From the NCBI GenBank assembly GCA_029564765.1, contig JAKQPK010000050.1:18977-82976 (forward strand): DNA of 64,000 bases, in the 5' to 3' direction. Position 1 is the first letter of the stretch. Every line of letters begins with the position of its first letter. The DNA is from Candidatus Omnitrophota bacterium. Lineage in GTDB: Bacteria > Omnitrophota > Gorgyraeia > Zapsychrales > Aceulaceae. Below the pieces are notes generated by a model, which was not told where the DNA came from, searched no databases, and worked only from the letters and a program-made list of their open reading frames with translations. Below are positions 32,547-42,300 of this stretch, in pieces. The translations under genes and the position numbers were made by a program.

Positions 32547-33296
32547 TTAGCGGATCGACAGACCACCGTCGATCTGGATGATCTGACCTGTTAGATAAGA
32601 GGCTTCTTTACCGAGAAGAAAATCTACACAGTCCGCGATCTCTTCAGGCCTGGCCATGCGCCCTAAAGGAATAACGCTTTCGATCCTTTGCTTGTCTTCG
32701 GCGCTAAAGCCGCTTAAGATCTCTGTATCCGTAAAGCCCGGAGCGATCGCATTAACGCGAACATTATACGCGGCAACTTCCTTGGCGAGCGCTTTGGTCA
32801 TTGTATCCATTCCGCCCTTGCTCGCTGAATAATTGACCTGTCGCGGCAATCCCGCGGAGCCAGCAACAGAAGAAATATTGATGATATGACCCTCTCGCTG
32901 CTTTAAAAAGGTGACAATGCAGCAGCGCGCAGCGTAGAACGCGCCATTTAAATTCGTATCCATGACCTGATGCCAATCCTCTTGGGACATCAGCATAAAT
33001 GCCTTATCGATCGTAATACCCGCATTATTAACAAGAATATGCAATCCTCCAAGATCTGCGCGGACACCCTCGATCCATTCTTTAACCGCATCAAAATCCT
33101 TGATGTCAACCTGGTCCGCCTTGCAGCGCACACCACACTTCTGGGCCTGAAGAGCTAAGGCTTGGGCCTCTGCTTGACTTTTGGAGTAATTAAACGCGAC
33201 ATGACAACCATGTTGTGCCAAGCGCAACACGATCGCCTTGCCGATACCTCGCGCGCCGCCTGTAACGATAGCAACTTTTCCTTTGATATCGATCAT
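32547..33296 (-). CDS. fabG: 3-oxoacyl-[ACP] reductase
   Basis: SDR motifs TGGARGIG and NNAG, plus a YSASK catalytic Tyr-Lys; 249 aa. Between fabF and fabZ. Confidence 0.85.
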   Translation of the reverse strand: MIDIKGKVAIVTGGARGIGKAIVLRLAQHGCHVAFNYSKSQAEAQALALQAQKCGVRCKADQVDIKDFDAVKEWIEGVRADLGGLHILVNNAGITIDKAFMLMSQEDWHQVMDTNLNGAFYAARCCIVTFLKQREGHIINISSVAGSAGLPRQVNYSASKGGMDTMTKALAKEVAAYNVRVNAIAPGFTDTEILSGFSAEDKQRIESVIPLGRMARPEEIADCVDFLLGKEASYLTGQIIQIDGGLSIR

Positions 33297-34531
33297 GGCT
33301 CATACCTTTTCAAGACCATACAAGTATTATTACCGCTTGGCGATGCGGTGATGACAAGCGCATACCGAACAGTTGCCGGACGGACCTTATTAGGAACATA
33401 ATCCAAATCGCAATCCGGATCAGGGGTTTGATAGTTGATCGTCGGAAAAATAAAACCTTCTTTGATAACGGACAACGCTGCCGCAGCTTCAAATGCGCCA
33501 GAAACGCTAAACCCTTCACCCACCATTGACTTAACAGCGCTAATAGGGATCTTGTACGCACGCTTGCCAAAAACTTCTTTGATCGCCAGTGTTTCGACCT
33601 TATCAGCGGTTGGCGTGGCATTTGCATTCGCGCAAATATAATCAACATCTTCAGCGGAAATATTCGCATCTTCCAGCGCCAGCCGGATGCTCTCGATCAA
33701 ACCCGTTGCCCGCGGATTAAACCGGTTGATACGAAAAGGGTCAAACCGCACTCCAAATCCGACAACCTCTCCTAAAATATTCGCGCCACGCGCTTTCGCA
33801 TGTTCGCAATCCTCCATGGCCAGAAGACAGGCTCCTTCTCCTAGCATAACTCCATTGCGCCTTTTATCAAAAGGGCAATTCAGGACAGGATCACCTTTTT
33901 TAGATCCGGAGAGGATCTGCAAGACATGAAAACCCATAAAGGTTTGCTCGCACATTTCTTCGACGCCACCGGCGTAGACAAGTTTTGCCCGGCCAAACTG
34001 AATAAAATCATATGCGTATTTGATAGCGTCCAGGCTTGCGGTAAAACCTGTGGAGATCGTCGTGTTAAACCCTTTGATGTTCTGCCAGATAGAAACCTGG
34101 CTCGCTGGCGAATTGATAACAGTGTTCGGAAAAAGTGCTGGATTCGTATAGCGAGGCCCTTCACGCAAAGTGACCTCGTGAAAGTCTCCGATGCTCTTAA
34201 CGCTTCCGAGGGTCGTCCCAACAGAAACGCCAATATCATGTGTATTCTCCTCTGTGATCGTAAAACGGCTATCCGCGATCGCCATCTTTGCGGCCGAAAC
34301 GAGGAGCTTTGTACTGCGGTCCAGAGAGCGCAATCCTTTAGTCCCCATATAGTCTTGAGGATTAAAATCAGAGATCTCGCCCGCTTCCGCGACATGAAAA
34401 TCAGAAGCATCGAAAAGGGTTATCGGGCGCCGTCCGCAACGACCTTCTTTGAGGCCTCGCCAGAAATCCTCGCGCCCTTTCGCGATACTACAAAGAATAC
34501 CTAGTCCTGTAAAAACAACTCGTGGTTTCAT
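33293..34531 (-). CDS. fabF: 3-oxoacyl-[ACP] synthase II
   Basis: Thiolase-fold KAS with active-site Cys context (TISTGFTAS) and C-terminal His motifs; 412 aa. Confidence 0.9.
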   Translation of the reverse strand: MKPRVVFTGLGILCSIAKGREDFWRGLKEGRCGRRPITLFDASDFHVAEAGEISDFNPQDYMGTKGLRSLDRSTKLLVSAAKMAIADSRFTITEENTHDIGVSVGTTLGSVKSIGDFHEVTLREGPRYTNPALFPNTVINSPASQVSIWQNIKGFNTTISTGFTASLDAIKYAYDFIQFGRAKLVYAGGVEEMCEQTFMGFHVLQILSGSKKGDPVLNCPFDKRRNGVMLGEGACLLAMEDCEHAKARGANILGEVVGFGVRFDPFRINRFNPRATGLIESIRLALEDANISAEDVDYICANANATPTADKVETLAIKEVFGKRAYKIPISAVKSMVGEGFSVSGAFEAAAALSVIKEGFIFPTINYQTPDPDCDLDYVPNKVRPATVRYALVITASPSGNNTCMVLKRYEP

Positions 34532-35139
34532 GTTCTTTTTTTCGTGGACTGCTGACGTGCTGAAAGAATATATTTTGCCAAAAGATCCGTCTCAATGTTT
34601 ACATGGTCTCCTGCGCGTTTTTTTCCAAGCGTTGTTACTTTTAGCGTATGTGGAATAAGATAAATCTTAAAAAAATTCTTGCTCACCTCACCGATCGTCA
34701 AGCTGATCCCATCAATACACACAGAACCTTTAGGTGCCAGATATTTTGCAAGATGCCGAGGAACCGCGATCTGGTAGGCTTCATAATTTTTCATTGAAGT
34801 CCTCTTGGCAATAACCCCAACCCCATCCACGTGCCCAGAAACAAAGTGTCCTCCCAGTCGATCATTGACACGCAACGCTCCTTCAAGATTCACCTCGCTG
34901 CCAACACGCAGAAACTTAAGCGTTGTCTTATCGATCGTTTCTTTCATAATATCAAAATCAACAATACGCCCATTTATCTTGGTCACCGTCAAACAAGCTC
35001 CGTCAACACAAATGCTGTCCCCCATTCGGATCCCTCGAAGAACGTTCTTCGCCTTAACAGAAAGCACGATCAAATTTTCCTTGCGCTGTATCTTAATAAC
35101 AACACCTTTTTCTTCAACAATGCCTGAAAACATGATCAC
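34528..35139 (-). CDS. ribE: Riboflavin synthase alpha subunit
   Basis: MFSGIVE N-terminus and duplicated lumazine-binding repeats (DSICVDGACLTV / GSVCIDGISLTI). Confidence 0.85.
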   Translation of the reverse strand: MIMFSGIVEEKGVVIKIQRKENLIVLSVKAKNVLRGIRMGDSICVDGACLTVTKINGRIVDFDIMKETIDKTTLKFLRVGSEVNLEGALRVNDRLGGHFVSGHVDGVGVIAKRTSMKNYEAYQIAVPRHLAKYLAPKGSVCIDGISLTIGEVSKNFFKIYLIPHTLKVTTLGKKRAGDHVNIETDLLAKYILSARQQSTKKRT

Positions 35140-35148
35140 TCTCCTGCC

Positions 35149-36237
35149 TTAATTAAAATATCCTTCGACCAAGATATCTTCCCCTATCGGTCTTGTCGTA
35201 ACATTCTTTAACCGTAAAGCGCTAGAAACATCTTTAACCCGCATACCGTTAACAGCGCTTAAAGCGCCTTGATCGCCAATAAGCTTAGGGGCGATAAAGA
35301 TCAGAGCCCGGTCCGCCAGCCTTTGATCAATGATCTTTCCTATGGTTCGGCTTCCACCTTCAACCAAGACATTCACCATATTACGACGCCCTAATTCTTC
35401 AAAAAGAAATCTTAAGTCTAAGCTAGTGCCTATGCGCGGGCATGAAACAACAAGGACACCACGCTTTTCAAGGCTTCGAGCCTTTATTTTATCGCTGCTC
35501 CTAGACGTTACGATAATGACCTGCCCTTGAGCAACATTGCGGAATATATTCGCCCTCAAAGGGACGAGAAGATGCGGATCAATAATGATCTTTTTTAGTT
35601 TTTTTGAAGCGCTAACGCCATTTAAAAATGGGTCATCTTTGATAACTGTATTAATACCGACTAAAATAGCGTCAAATTGATCGCGCAGCTTATGGCTGAA
35701 TTTGCGCGTCTTTTCGGACGTGATCCACTTTGAAGATCCCGTAGCGGTCGCGATCTTTCCATCTAAGGTCTGTGCCCATTTTATCACAATCAAAGGACGT
35801 TTGTCTTGGATAAACTTAAAAAACGGCTCATTGAGCTTTTGCAATTCTTCCTGCAAAACCCCTACAACAGTTTTGATCCCAGCTCTGTTCAGCTTTCTGA
35901 TAGAAGCACCGTTGTTGACCGGATTCGGGTCCCGCGTGCCAACGACAACTTTCTTGATACCGCTTGCGATGATCGCATCCACGCATGGCGGCGTACGGCC
36001 GTAATGACCACAAGGCTCCAAGGTCACGTAAAGCGTAGCACCCTTAACGTTTGCTTGTGCATTCTTAAGTGCTACGATCTCCGCGTGATCACTTCCACAG
36101 CTCCGATGGAATCCTTGAGAGATGATCTTGCCGTTCTTAACAATGACAGCACCGACCATAGGGTTTGGCGATGTCTTCCCTTGCGCGCGTAGCGCCAATC
36201 GCATTGCCATCTGCATATAATCTTGATCACTCATCAA
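35149..36237 (-). CDS. ribD: Bifunctional diaminohydroxyphosphoribosylaminopyrimidine deaminase / 5-amino-6-(5-phosphoribosylamino)uracil reductase
   Basis: CMP/dCMP deaminase zinc motifs (HAEI...PCGHYGRTPPC) followed by a RibG reductase domain. Confidence 0.9.
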   Translation of the reverse strand: MMSDQDYMQMAMRLALRAQGKTSPNPMVGAVIVKNGKIISQGFHRSCGSDHAEIVALKNAQANVKGATLYVTLEPCGHYGRTPPCVDAIIASGIKKVVVGTRDPNPVNNGASIRKLNRAGIKTVVGVLQEELQKLNEPFFKFIQDKRPLIVIKWAQTLDGKIATATGSSKWITSEKTRKFSHKLRDQFDAILVGINTVIKDDPFLNGVSASKKLKKIIIDPHLLVPLRANIFRNVAQGQVIIVTSRSSDKIKARSLEKRGVLVVSCPRIGTSLDLRFLFEELGRRNMVNVLVEGGSRTIGKIIDQRLADRALIFIAPKLIGDQGALSAVNGMRVKDVSSALRLKNVTTRPIGEDILVEGYFN

Positions 36238-37070
36238 AAAGACCCTTGTTTTACTTTTTTTAGCTCTTCAATGAACCTATATGGGACTTTCATCTTGCCG
36301 ATAAAAGTGTTCAATTTGCCTGCCCCATGGGCATCCGAACCGCCCGTCAAAACAAGATGGTATTTTTTTGCAAGGCCCACATAATATTCGATCACGGCTG
36401 GCGAACAATTAGGGTAAAACGCTTCGATACCTTGCAGGCCTGATCTGACAAGATTTGCGATGATCTCATCACATTGAGTGATCATCGGATGCGCCAAGAC
36501 GGCAACCCCTCCAGATTCTCGTATCAACTTGATCGCCTCTTGAGGTGTTTGTTCAAATTTCTTAACATAAGCGCAAGCACCCTCAGCCAAATATTTCTTA
36601 AAAGCGTCTTGGGGTGCTTTAACCCAACCCTTGCGTTGTAAAACAAGTGCCAAATGCATGCGGCCTACCGCGTCAGATCTGGTCAATTCGCTAACCTCTT
36701 CTAAGGTGATGCCTTGGACCCCAGCCTTCTCTAGCTTCTGTATCATAAGCTTCATACGCTCAACGCGGACCTGCTGCATCCTCGTAAGCTGTGCCTTAAA
36801 AAGATCACTATGGGAATCGAACAAGTACCCTAGAATATGGACCTCTTGGTTATGCGATTCAGATGAAAGCTCAATGCCGTCGATCACTTCAAGTGTTGTA
36901 CCAGCGGCAGCTTCCCTGACAGGAATGATCCCTTCCAGGGTATCGTGATCTGTTATTCCAATGCAGGATAAACCATTTCTTAAGGCTTCGTCAACAACTT
37001 CGGCAGGAGATAAGGAACTATCAGAATAATGTGTGTGGATATGGAGATCAGCGAATTTGGCTTCAAGCAT
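36234..37070 (-). CDS. PHP-domain phosphoesterase (TrpH/YciV-like)
   Basis: DLHIHTHYSD...GITDHD PHP metal-binding motifs; ~278 aa. Embedded in the rib/nusB operon. Confidence 0.75.
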   Translation of the reverse strand: MLEAKFADLHIHTHYSDSSLSPAEVVDEALRNGLSCIGITDHDTLEGIIPVREAAAGTTLEVIDGIELSSESHNQEVHILGYLFDSHSDLFKAQLTRMQQVRVERMKLMIQKLEKAGVQGITLEEVSELTRSDAVGRMHLALVLQRKGWVKAPQDAFKKYLAEGACAYVKKFEQTPQEAIKLIRESGGVAVLAHPMITQCDEIIANLVRSGLQGIEAFYPNCSPAVIEYYVGLAKKYHLVLTGGSDAHGAGKLNTFIGKMKVPYRFIEELKKVKQGSF

Positions 37071-37492
37071 TACTTTTTCTGGGCTATGGGATTCGTTTTG
37101 TGAACTTTGTCGAGAATACCATTAACGAACTTTCCAGACTCAACATCCCCATACTTTTTTGCAAGCTCGATCGCCTCATTGATCGTCACTTTGGAAGGAA
37201 CGTCGGGCATATGACACAGCTCATAGATCCCAAGCCGCAAAATATTGCGATCGACAACAGCCATGCGGTCCATGTGCCAGTTGGCCGCGTGACTTAAGAT
37301 AAGATCATTGATCTCTTTGTAGTTTTGTTCAACACCCACAACGATCTTGCGGGCAAAATCGACCACTTCCGCGTCCTCTGTTTCTTCCGGCGTGATGAAC
37401 GCATCAGCGATGGCGCATAAGGATTCATTGCGGATATCCGCTTGATAAAGGATCTTTAAAGCTAATTCACGCGCAAGCGTTCGACGTCTCAT
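37070..37492 (-). CDS. nusB: Transcription antitermination factor NusB
   Basis: ~140 aa all-helical NusB pattern (RRRTLARELALKILYQ...). Classic ribH-nusB adjacency. Confidence 0.85.
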   Translation of the reverse strand: MRRRTLARELALKILYQADIRNESLCAIADAFITPEETEDAEVVDFARKIVVGVEQNYKEINDLILSHAANWHMDRMAVVDRNILRLGIYELCHMPDVPSKVTINEAIELAKKYGDVESGKFVNGILDKVHKTNPIAQKK

Positions 37493-37512
37493 GATGCATT
37501 CTTTCTTTTTTG

Positions 37513-37968
37513 CTAAATCTTTTTTAAGCTCAATAACGTATCGATCATCTCAAGGGCAACGCAGGCAGCTTCACGCCCTTTATTATTGCGTTTCTTATCG
37601 CTGGAGCGTTCGTACGCCTGCTTGGTATTCTCTGTTGTAAGCACGCCAAGAACAACTGGCTTACCGGTTGTCAAAGCCGCTTGTTGAATACCACTGCAAG
37701 AACCTTGCGCAACGATATCAAAATGCGCTGTCTCGCCACGGATCACAGCCCCCAAGCAAATAACAGCATTGATATTTTTCTTTGAGGCAAGCTGCTGGGC
37801 CACGACAGGGATCTCCCATGCTCCGGGAACTTGAACGACTAGAATGGAAGACTTAGAAACACCTCGCCTGATAAGTTCATCAACACATCCGCATAGCAAT
37901 CTTTGCGTGATGAAATCATTGAACCGTGAAACAACAACGCCGATACGATAATTTAAACGTTTTGTCAT
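37513..37968 (-). CDS. ribH: 6,7-dimethyl-8-ribityllumazine synthase
   Basis: IGVVVSRFNDFIT signature. Start re-picked at ATG 37966-37968; the track start at 37989 is TTG. Confidence 0.9.
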   Translation of the reverse strand: MTKRLNYRIGVVVSRFNDFITQRLLCGCVDELIRRGVSKSSILVVQVPGAWEIPVVAQQLASKKNINAVICLGAVIRGETAHFDIVAQGSCSGIQQAALTTGKPVVLGVLTTENTKQAYERSSDKKRNNKGREAACVALEMIDTLLSLKKI

Positions 37969-37969
37969 T

Positions 37970-39184
37970 TTAGAACCTAAGTGACTCAAGAAAATGCCCT
38001 AATTTTTCTTTCTTTGTTTTCAGATAATTCTTATTATGTTCATTATGAGGAACGACGATCGGAACACGCTCGGTCACGGTCAAGCCATGTCCTTCCAATC
38101 CAACGATCTTTTTTGGATTATTCGTCAAAAGACGGATATTCTTCGCCCCTAGATCAGCTAAGATCTGAGCGCCGATGCCATAATCACGCAGATCCGCTCC
38201 AAAACCTAAGGCTTCATTTGCTTCAACAGTATCCATGCCGCTATCTTGCAGGTGATAAGCCTTGATCTTGTTCAACAAGCCGATCCCTCGGCCCTCTTGG
38301 CGCATATACAGCAAGATCCCACGCTTCTGTTTTTCAATAGCAGCCATTGAAGCCTCGAGCTGGCCCCGGCAATCACAGCGCTGCGATCCAAAGACATCTC
38401 CCGTCAAACATTCCGATTGAACACGGACCAGGACAGGCTGATCCCCTTTGACATCACCCATCACAAGAGCAAGATGGATCAAAGAATCTACTTTTGAACT
38501 ATAACCTAAAAGACGAAAATCGCCGTAAGCCGTCGGCAACTTTGCCTCTCCAACGTAATTAACTAATTTTTCCTTTTTACGACGATATTCGATCAAACTA
38601 TCAATCGTGCAGATCTTCAAATTATGCTTCTTGGCAAAAGCCTTGAGATCATCCGTGCGGGCCATAGTCCCGTCCTCTTTCATGATCTCGCAAATAACGC
38701 CTGCAGGATAAAGACCAGAGATCTTCATCAGATCAACCGTTGCTTCGGTATGTCCTGCGCGTACAAGGACACCGCCTTTGCGGGCCCGCAGAGGAAAAAG
38801 ATGGCCAGGGCGGATCAGATCTTGGGGTTTGGTCGCAGGGTCTATCAAGGCCTTGGCTGTAAATGCTCTATCAGCCGCTGATATACCCGTTGTCGCGTTC
38901 TTTCTGACATCTACAGAGATCGCCCATCCCGTATTTGCCTCATGATGCCACTCACTTCCGGTGTGAACCATGGGCTCAAGCTTAAGCTCGTCCAATCTTT
39001 CGCCTTCCATGGGCATGCAAATCAATCCTCGAGCTTCTTTGGCCATAAAATTAATATGATCAGGCTTGACAAATTGAGCCGCCACCAGAAGATCGCCTTC
39101 ATTCTCACGGCTCTCATCGTCTATTACAATGATCATCTTGCCGTGCTTGAGGTCAACTAAAACTTCCTCGATCGTATTCAGCAT
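37970..39184 (-). CDS. ribBA: Bifunctional 3,4-dihydroxy-2-butanone-4-phosphate synthase / GTP cyclohydrolase II
   Basis: DHBP synthase motifs ([11 protein letters not shown]) plus GTP cyclohydrolase II Cys motif ([17 protein letters not shown]). Start re-picked at ATG 39182-39184 with SD GAGAGG; the longer track ORF has an implausible N-terminus. Confidence 0.9.
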   Translation of the reverse strand: MLNTIEEVLVDLKHGKMIIVIDDESRENEGDLLVAAQFVKPDHINFMAKEARGLICMPMEGERLDELKLEPMVHTGSEWHHEANTGWAISVDVRKNATTGISAADRAFTAKALIDPATKPQDLIRPGHLFPLRARKGGVLVRAGHTEATVDLMKISGLYPAGVICEIMKEDGTMARTDDLKAFAKKHNLKICTIDSLIEYRRKKEKLVNYVGEAKLPTAYGDFRLLGYSSKVDSLIHLALVMGDVKGDQPVLVRVQSECLTGDVFGSQRCDCRGQLEASMAAIEKQKRGILLYMRQEGRGIGLLNKIKAYHLQDSGMDTVEANEALGFGADLRDYGIGAQILADLGAKNIRLLTNNPKKIVGLEGHGLTVTERVPIVVPHNEHNKNYLKTKKEKLGHFLESLRF

Positions 39185-39259
39185 ATAAAGCCTCTCTTTT
39201 ATATTAATATTAATTATAGACAACCAAGTGAAAGGAATTTCACGTAAATATTGTCCCAA

Positions 39260-39288
39260 ATTATAAATCTTTTCCCTCGAAAATTCAA
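39260..39288 (-). promoter_or_regulatory. Candidate sigma70 promoter for the rib operon: TTGAAT-17-TATAAT
   Basis: Minus-strand -35 TTGAAT (plus 39283-39288), 17-nt spacer, -10 TATAAT (plus 39260-39265). Leader ~68 nt, too short for an FMN riboswitch; none of the conserved FMN-element sequence blocks are present. Confidence 0.4.
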
Positions 39289-39318
39289 GGCAAATAAGTG
39301 GCTACCGCTATAAAGCGC

Positions 39319-42300
39319 TTAAGAAAAAATTTTGTTGCTAGATTCTTCTAGCCCAAGCAACGGATAAAGATCTGCAACGGGCGTGATATTGATGATGACT
39401 GGCACAAAGCCAGGGATGCTCTCTAGATCCACACCCTGCCATTCGGGTGGCAGGTTAAATTGGATCGGCGATGAGCCCGTTCGCCTGAGCTCAAGATTGG
39501 TAGCATTAAGATCGATACCTCCAACCTGTTCTCCTTCTTGCATGCTATCAGCAAGATAAACTTTGTCAGAATTCTCTGGAGAAATTCCTGAACTAAAGAT
39601 CTGAAGCGTTCCATGTCCTGACTTTAAATATTCTTTTGTTATATTAAAAAGATCTTGTGCAGTGTAGAGCTCCCCAGAAAGAAAAACATTCTCTCCTCTG
39701 TTTTTATAGCCCACAGCCCTGATTCCTATGCTCGAAAGCATCAGCAATAAAGCAGGCCAAGAAACAGACGATTCATAGACGTTCACATCTTTGTTGCCAA
39801 GCTTAAATTTGACCTGCTTGATCTTGCCTGCCTCGTCAAAATCAATAATAACTTCAGATATAGATTCATCAGCAGAAAATATTTTTCCAGCCTGCGGAAA
39901 TATCGTGCGCATGACATTCCCGGTATTCTTTTTATTCCAATCGAGCCCAATACCCCCCATGCAGGAAGACAAGATCACATTTCCACCCTTGCTCAACAGA
40001 GGTCCAAGAAAATCTTTTAAGACTGGAGCCGACTGGTCATTAATGATCATTTCATTGGCCTGATCCTGACTTTTTGCCTCACCCAAGACCAATCCGTTAG
40101 ATATCGTACCACCATAAAAAGATGTATATCCATGCCCTCCCACGTAAACGATGTCAAAGACACCTTTGTTGTCCTTGAATTTTTCCATCTCGTACTTTAA
40201 TTCATTAATATTTGATTTCGAAACAAAATAAATGTAATAGCCATGATCTAGAAGACTTTTGATGATATCGATCTCGGTATCAAAAGCGCTATTATCATCG
40301 CTCTCCGGAAGGACCATAAGGACTGTTCCCGTATATTGTGTTTTTGTGGCTAAGGTCACAGGGTTGCTACGCATGTCCACGATCTGATCGATCACTTTAG
40401 GCCCTAGCTGGGAAGCCTTAAAGATTCCTGCCTCAAGAGCCTGAAGGTAGGACTTGGCCGATGAGGAAAGATTACTAAGATTATCAATAAAGCCTTGGCT
40501 TTTTGCAAAAGAAAATGCTTGTTTAATAACAAGCATAACCTCGGCAGGGGCATTATCAACAATATCTACAATTAAGTCTGAAAACTCTGTCTCGCCCTCA
40601 CTGGCATGCTTAAGGATTGATACGAGATCTTTAAAAACTATGTCTGTGGGGGCAATGTCTAAAAACTCTAAATACGTCCCAATACCTTTAAGATAAATAA
40701 TATTGTTGGATAATAAAGTCAAATCCTTAGCCAGCGCGTCGAGATCTCCCTGGTATTTTCCTGTAGAATACCCCAAGGCGCTTATATATCCTTTCTCTCT
40801 TAAAACATTCTTAATCTGATCAATGTTCTCATTTTGCTGAAAAATAAGTGTTTGCGCGATACGCTCCGCATATGGCTTAAATTCATCAGAGAGCTGTTTT
40901 TGCCCTACGATTAATCCGCTGATAACGGTACGAAATTTAATTATATTAAATAAATCTTTCAAAGAAATCTCATTCTTGACTGAGTTTTTGTTATATTGCT
41001 CTATATCTTTCCTGAAATGAATCGGGTTCAATGCGAATTCCTGGCTAATTTCATTAACTAGGTTTTCGCTTAAAACAACCTTTGATTGGGGATCGGAAAA
41101 GCTGACCTTTAGCTTATAATTGCTAAATATATCCTTCAGACTTTCCAGGATATAAGATTGTGTAGGCCTATTTTGGCCACTTGGGAAAAGATCATTAAAA
41201 TCAAAACGCCCAGCCTGTTGGTCGGCATCTGTATCAATAATTTCTTTAACAATTAATTCTCTCCAAAGCCTATGAGGATCGATCTTTTGTGCAATTAACC
41301 AGTTAAAATCAGAAACAGGAACAGTTCTTCTGAAAAATCCTAGTCCGCTATAAATATCCTGATCAATAGATGAAAAAAATTCGTTATAGCCATCATTAAA
41401 GATATTATGCGTGGCTTTATTAAAGCGCGTTGCTCTAATTTTGTCATTCCATTCATCTATATCGACTTCATGTGTTAAATATTCCTTTTTTAACTGGCTC
41501 TGGCGGTCTTGTTTCTGGTCATGATGAATATTATTCTCCATCATATATTTCTTAGCATCAGGATGGAAGCTAGCAAGGTAGTCGTCAATGTATTCCGGGT
41601 TCAGAAGATCAGAGATATCCATGGCCGCAAAGTATTTATTAAACCGGGAATTGTTGTATGATAGATAATTTTTGTATCGTTCCAGCATTTCTCGATCCAG
41701 CTTCGTTGGTAAAGACCTATAATTCAAATTATTTAGAATTTTCTGAATATAGTCTGGACCCAAGAAATCATATGCTTGACTTATATAATACGTCAATCCT
41801 TCGTATGATTCAGTCGTTAAGCTTTTCTCGATCATCTCTTCAAAAGGAAATTTCTTCAAAACATTTTCCATCAAATCCATATTTTCATTAATATTGGAGC
41901 TTTTAAGAAATCGGTCGTTTAAATTAGTTATGGATCCAAGCAAGTTTGTGAGATGGGCTATGTCTGAATCATTGATCTTCTTTCCTTTAAGGCTTTCTAA
42001 GTACTCTCTAGTCTCTCCTAAAAAGTCTTTAAAATTATCTTTGATGATTTCCTTTGTCTCACCTGTAAATCCGTCCTCATTCTGACTGGAGGGAGAAATT
42101 CCTGAAAAATCAACAGAAGGCTCTTCCCATTCCCGATTGCTAAAAAACCAATCGTCCATATCTTTGTATCCACCTGCTTTTCCTTGCGCTCGCAATTCCG
42201 TAATATGTTGCTTCCATTTTATATACTCTTCTGCTAAAGCAGGTTTGTTCAAAACTTTAAAGATGCTCACGATTTCTTGATCGGAATAATATAATAAAAT

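Noticed and set aside
39185-39318. Possible FMN riboswitch upstream of ribBA
   Set aside because: The leader is only ~68 nt after the candidate promoter. None of the conserved FMN-element sequence blocks are present; only a trivial GTGAAATTCCTTTCAC hairpin.
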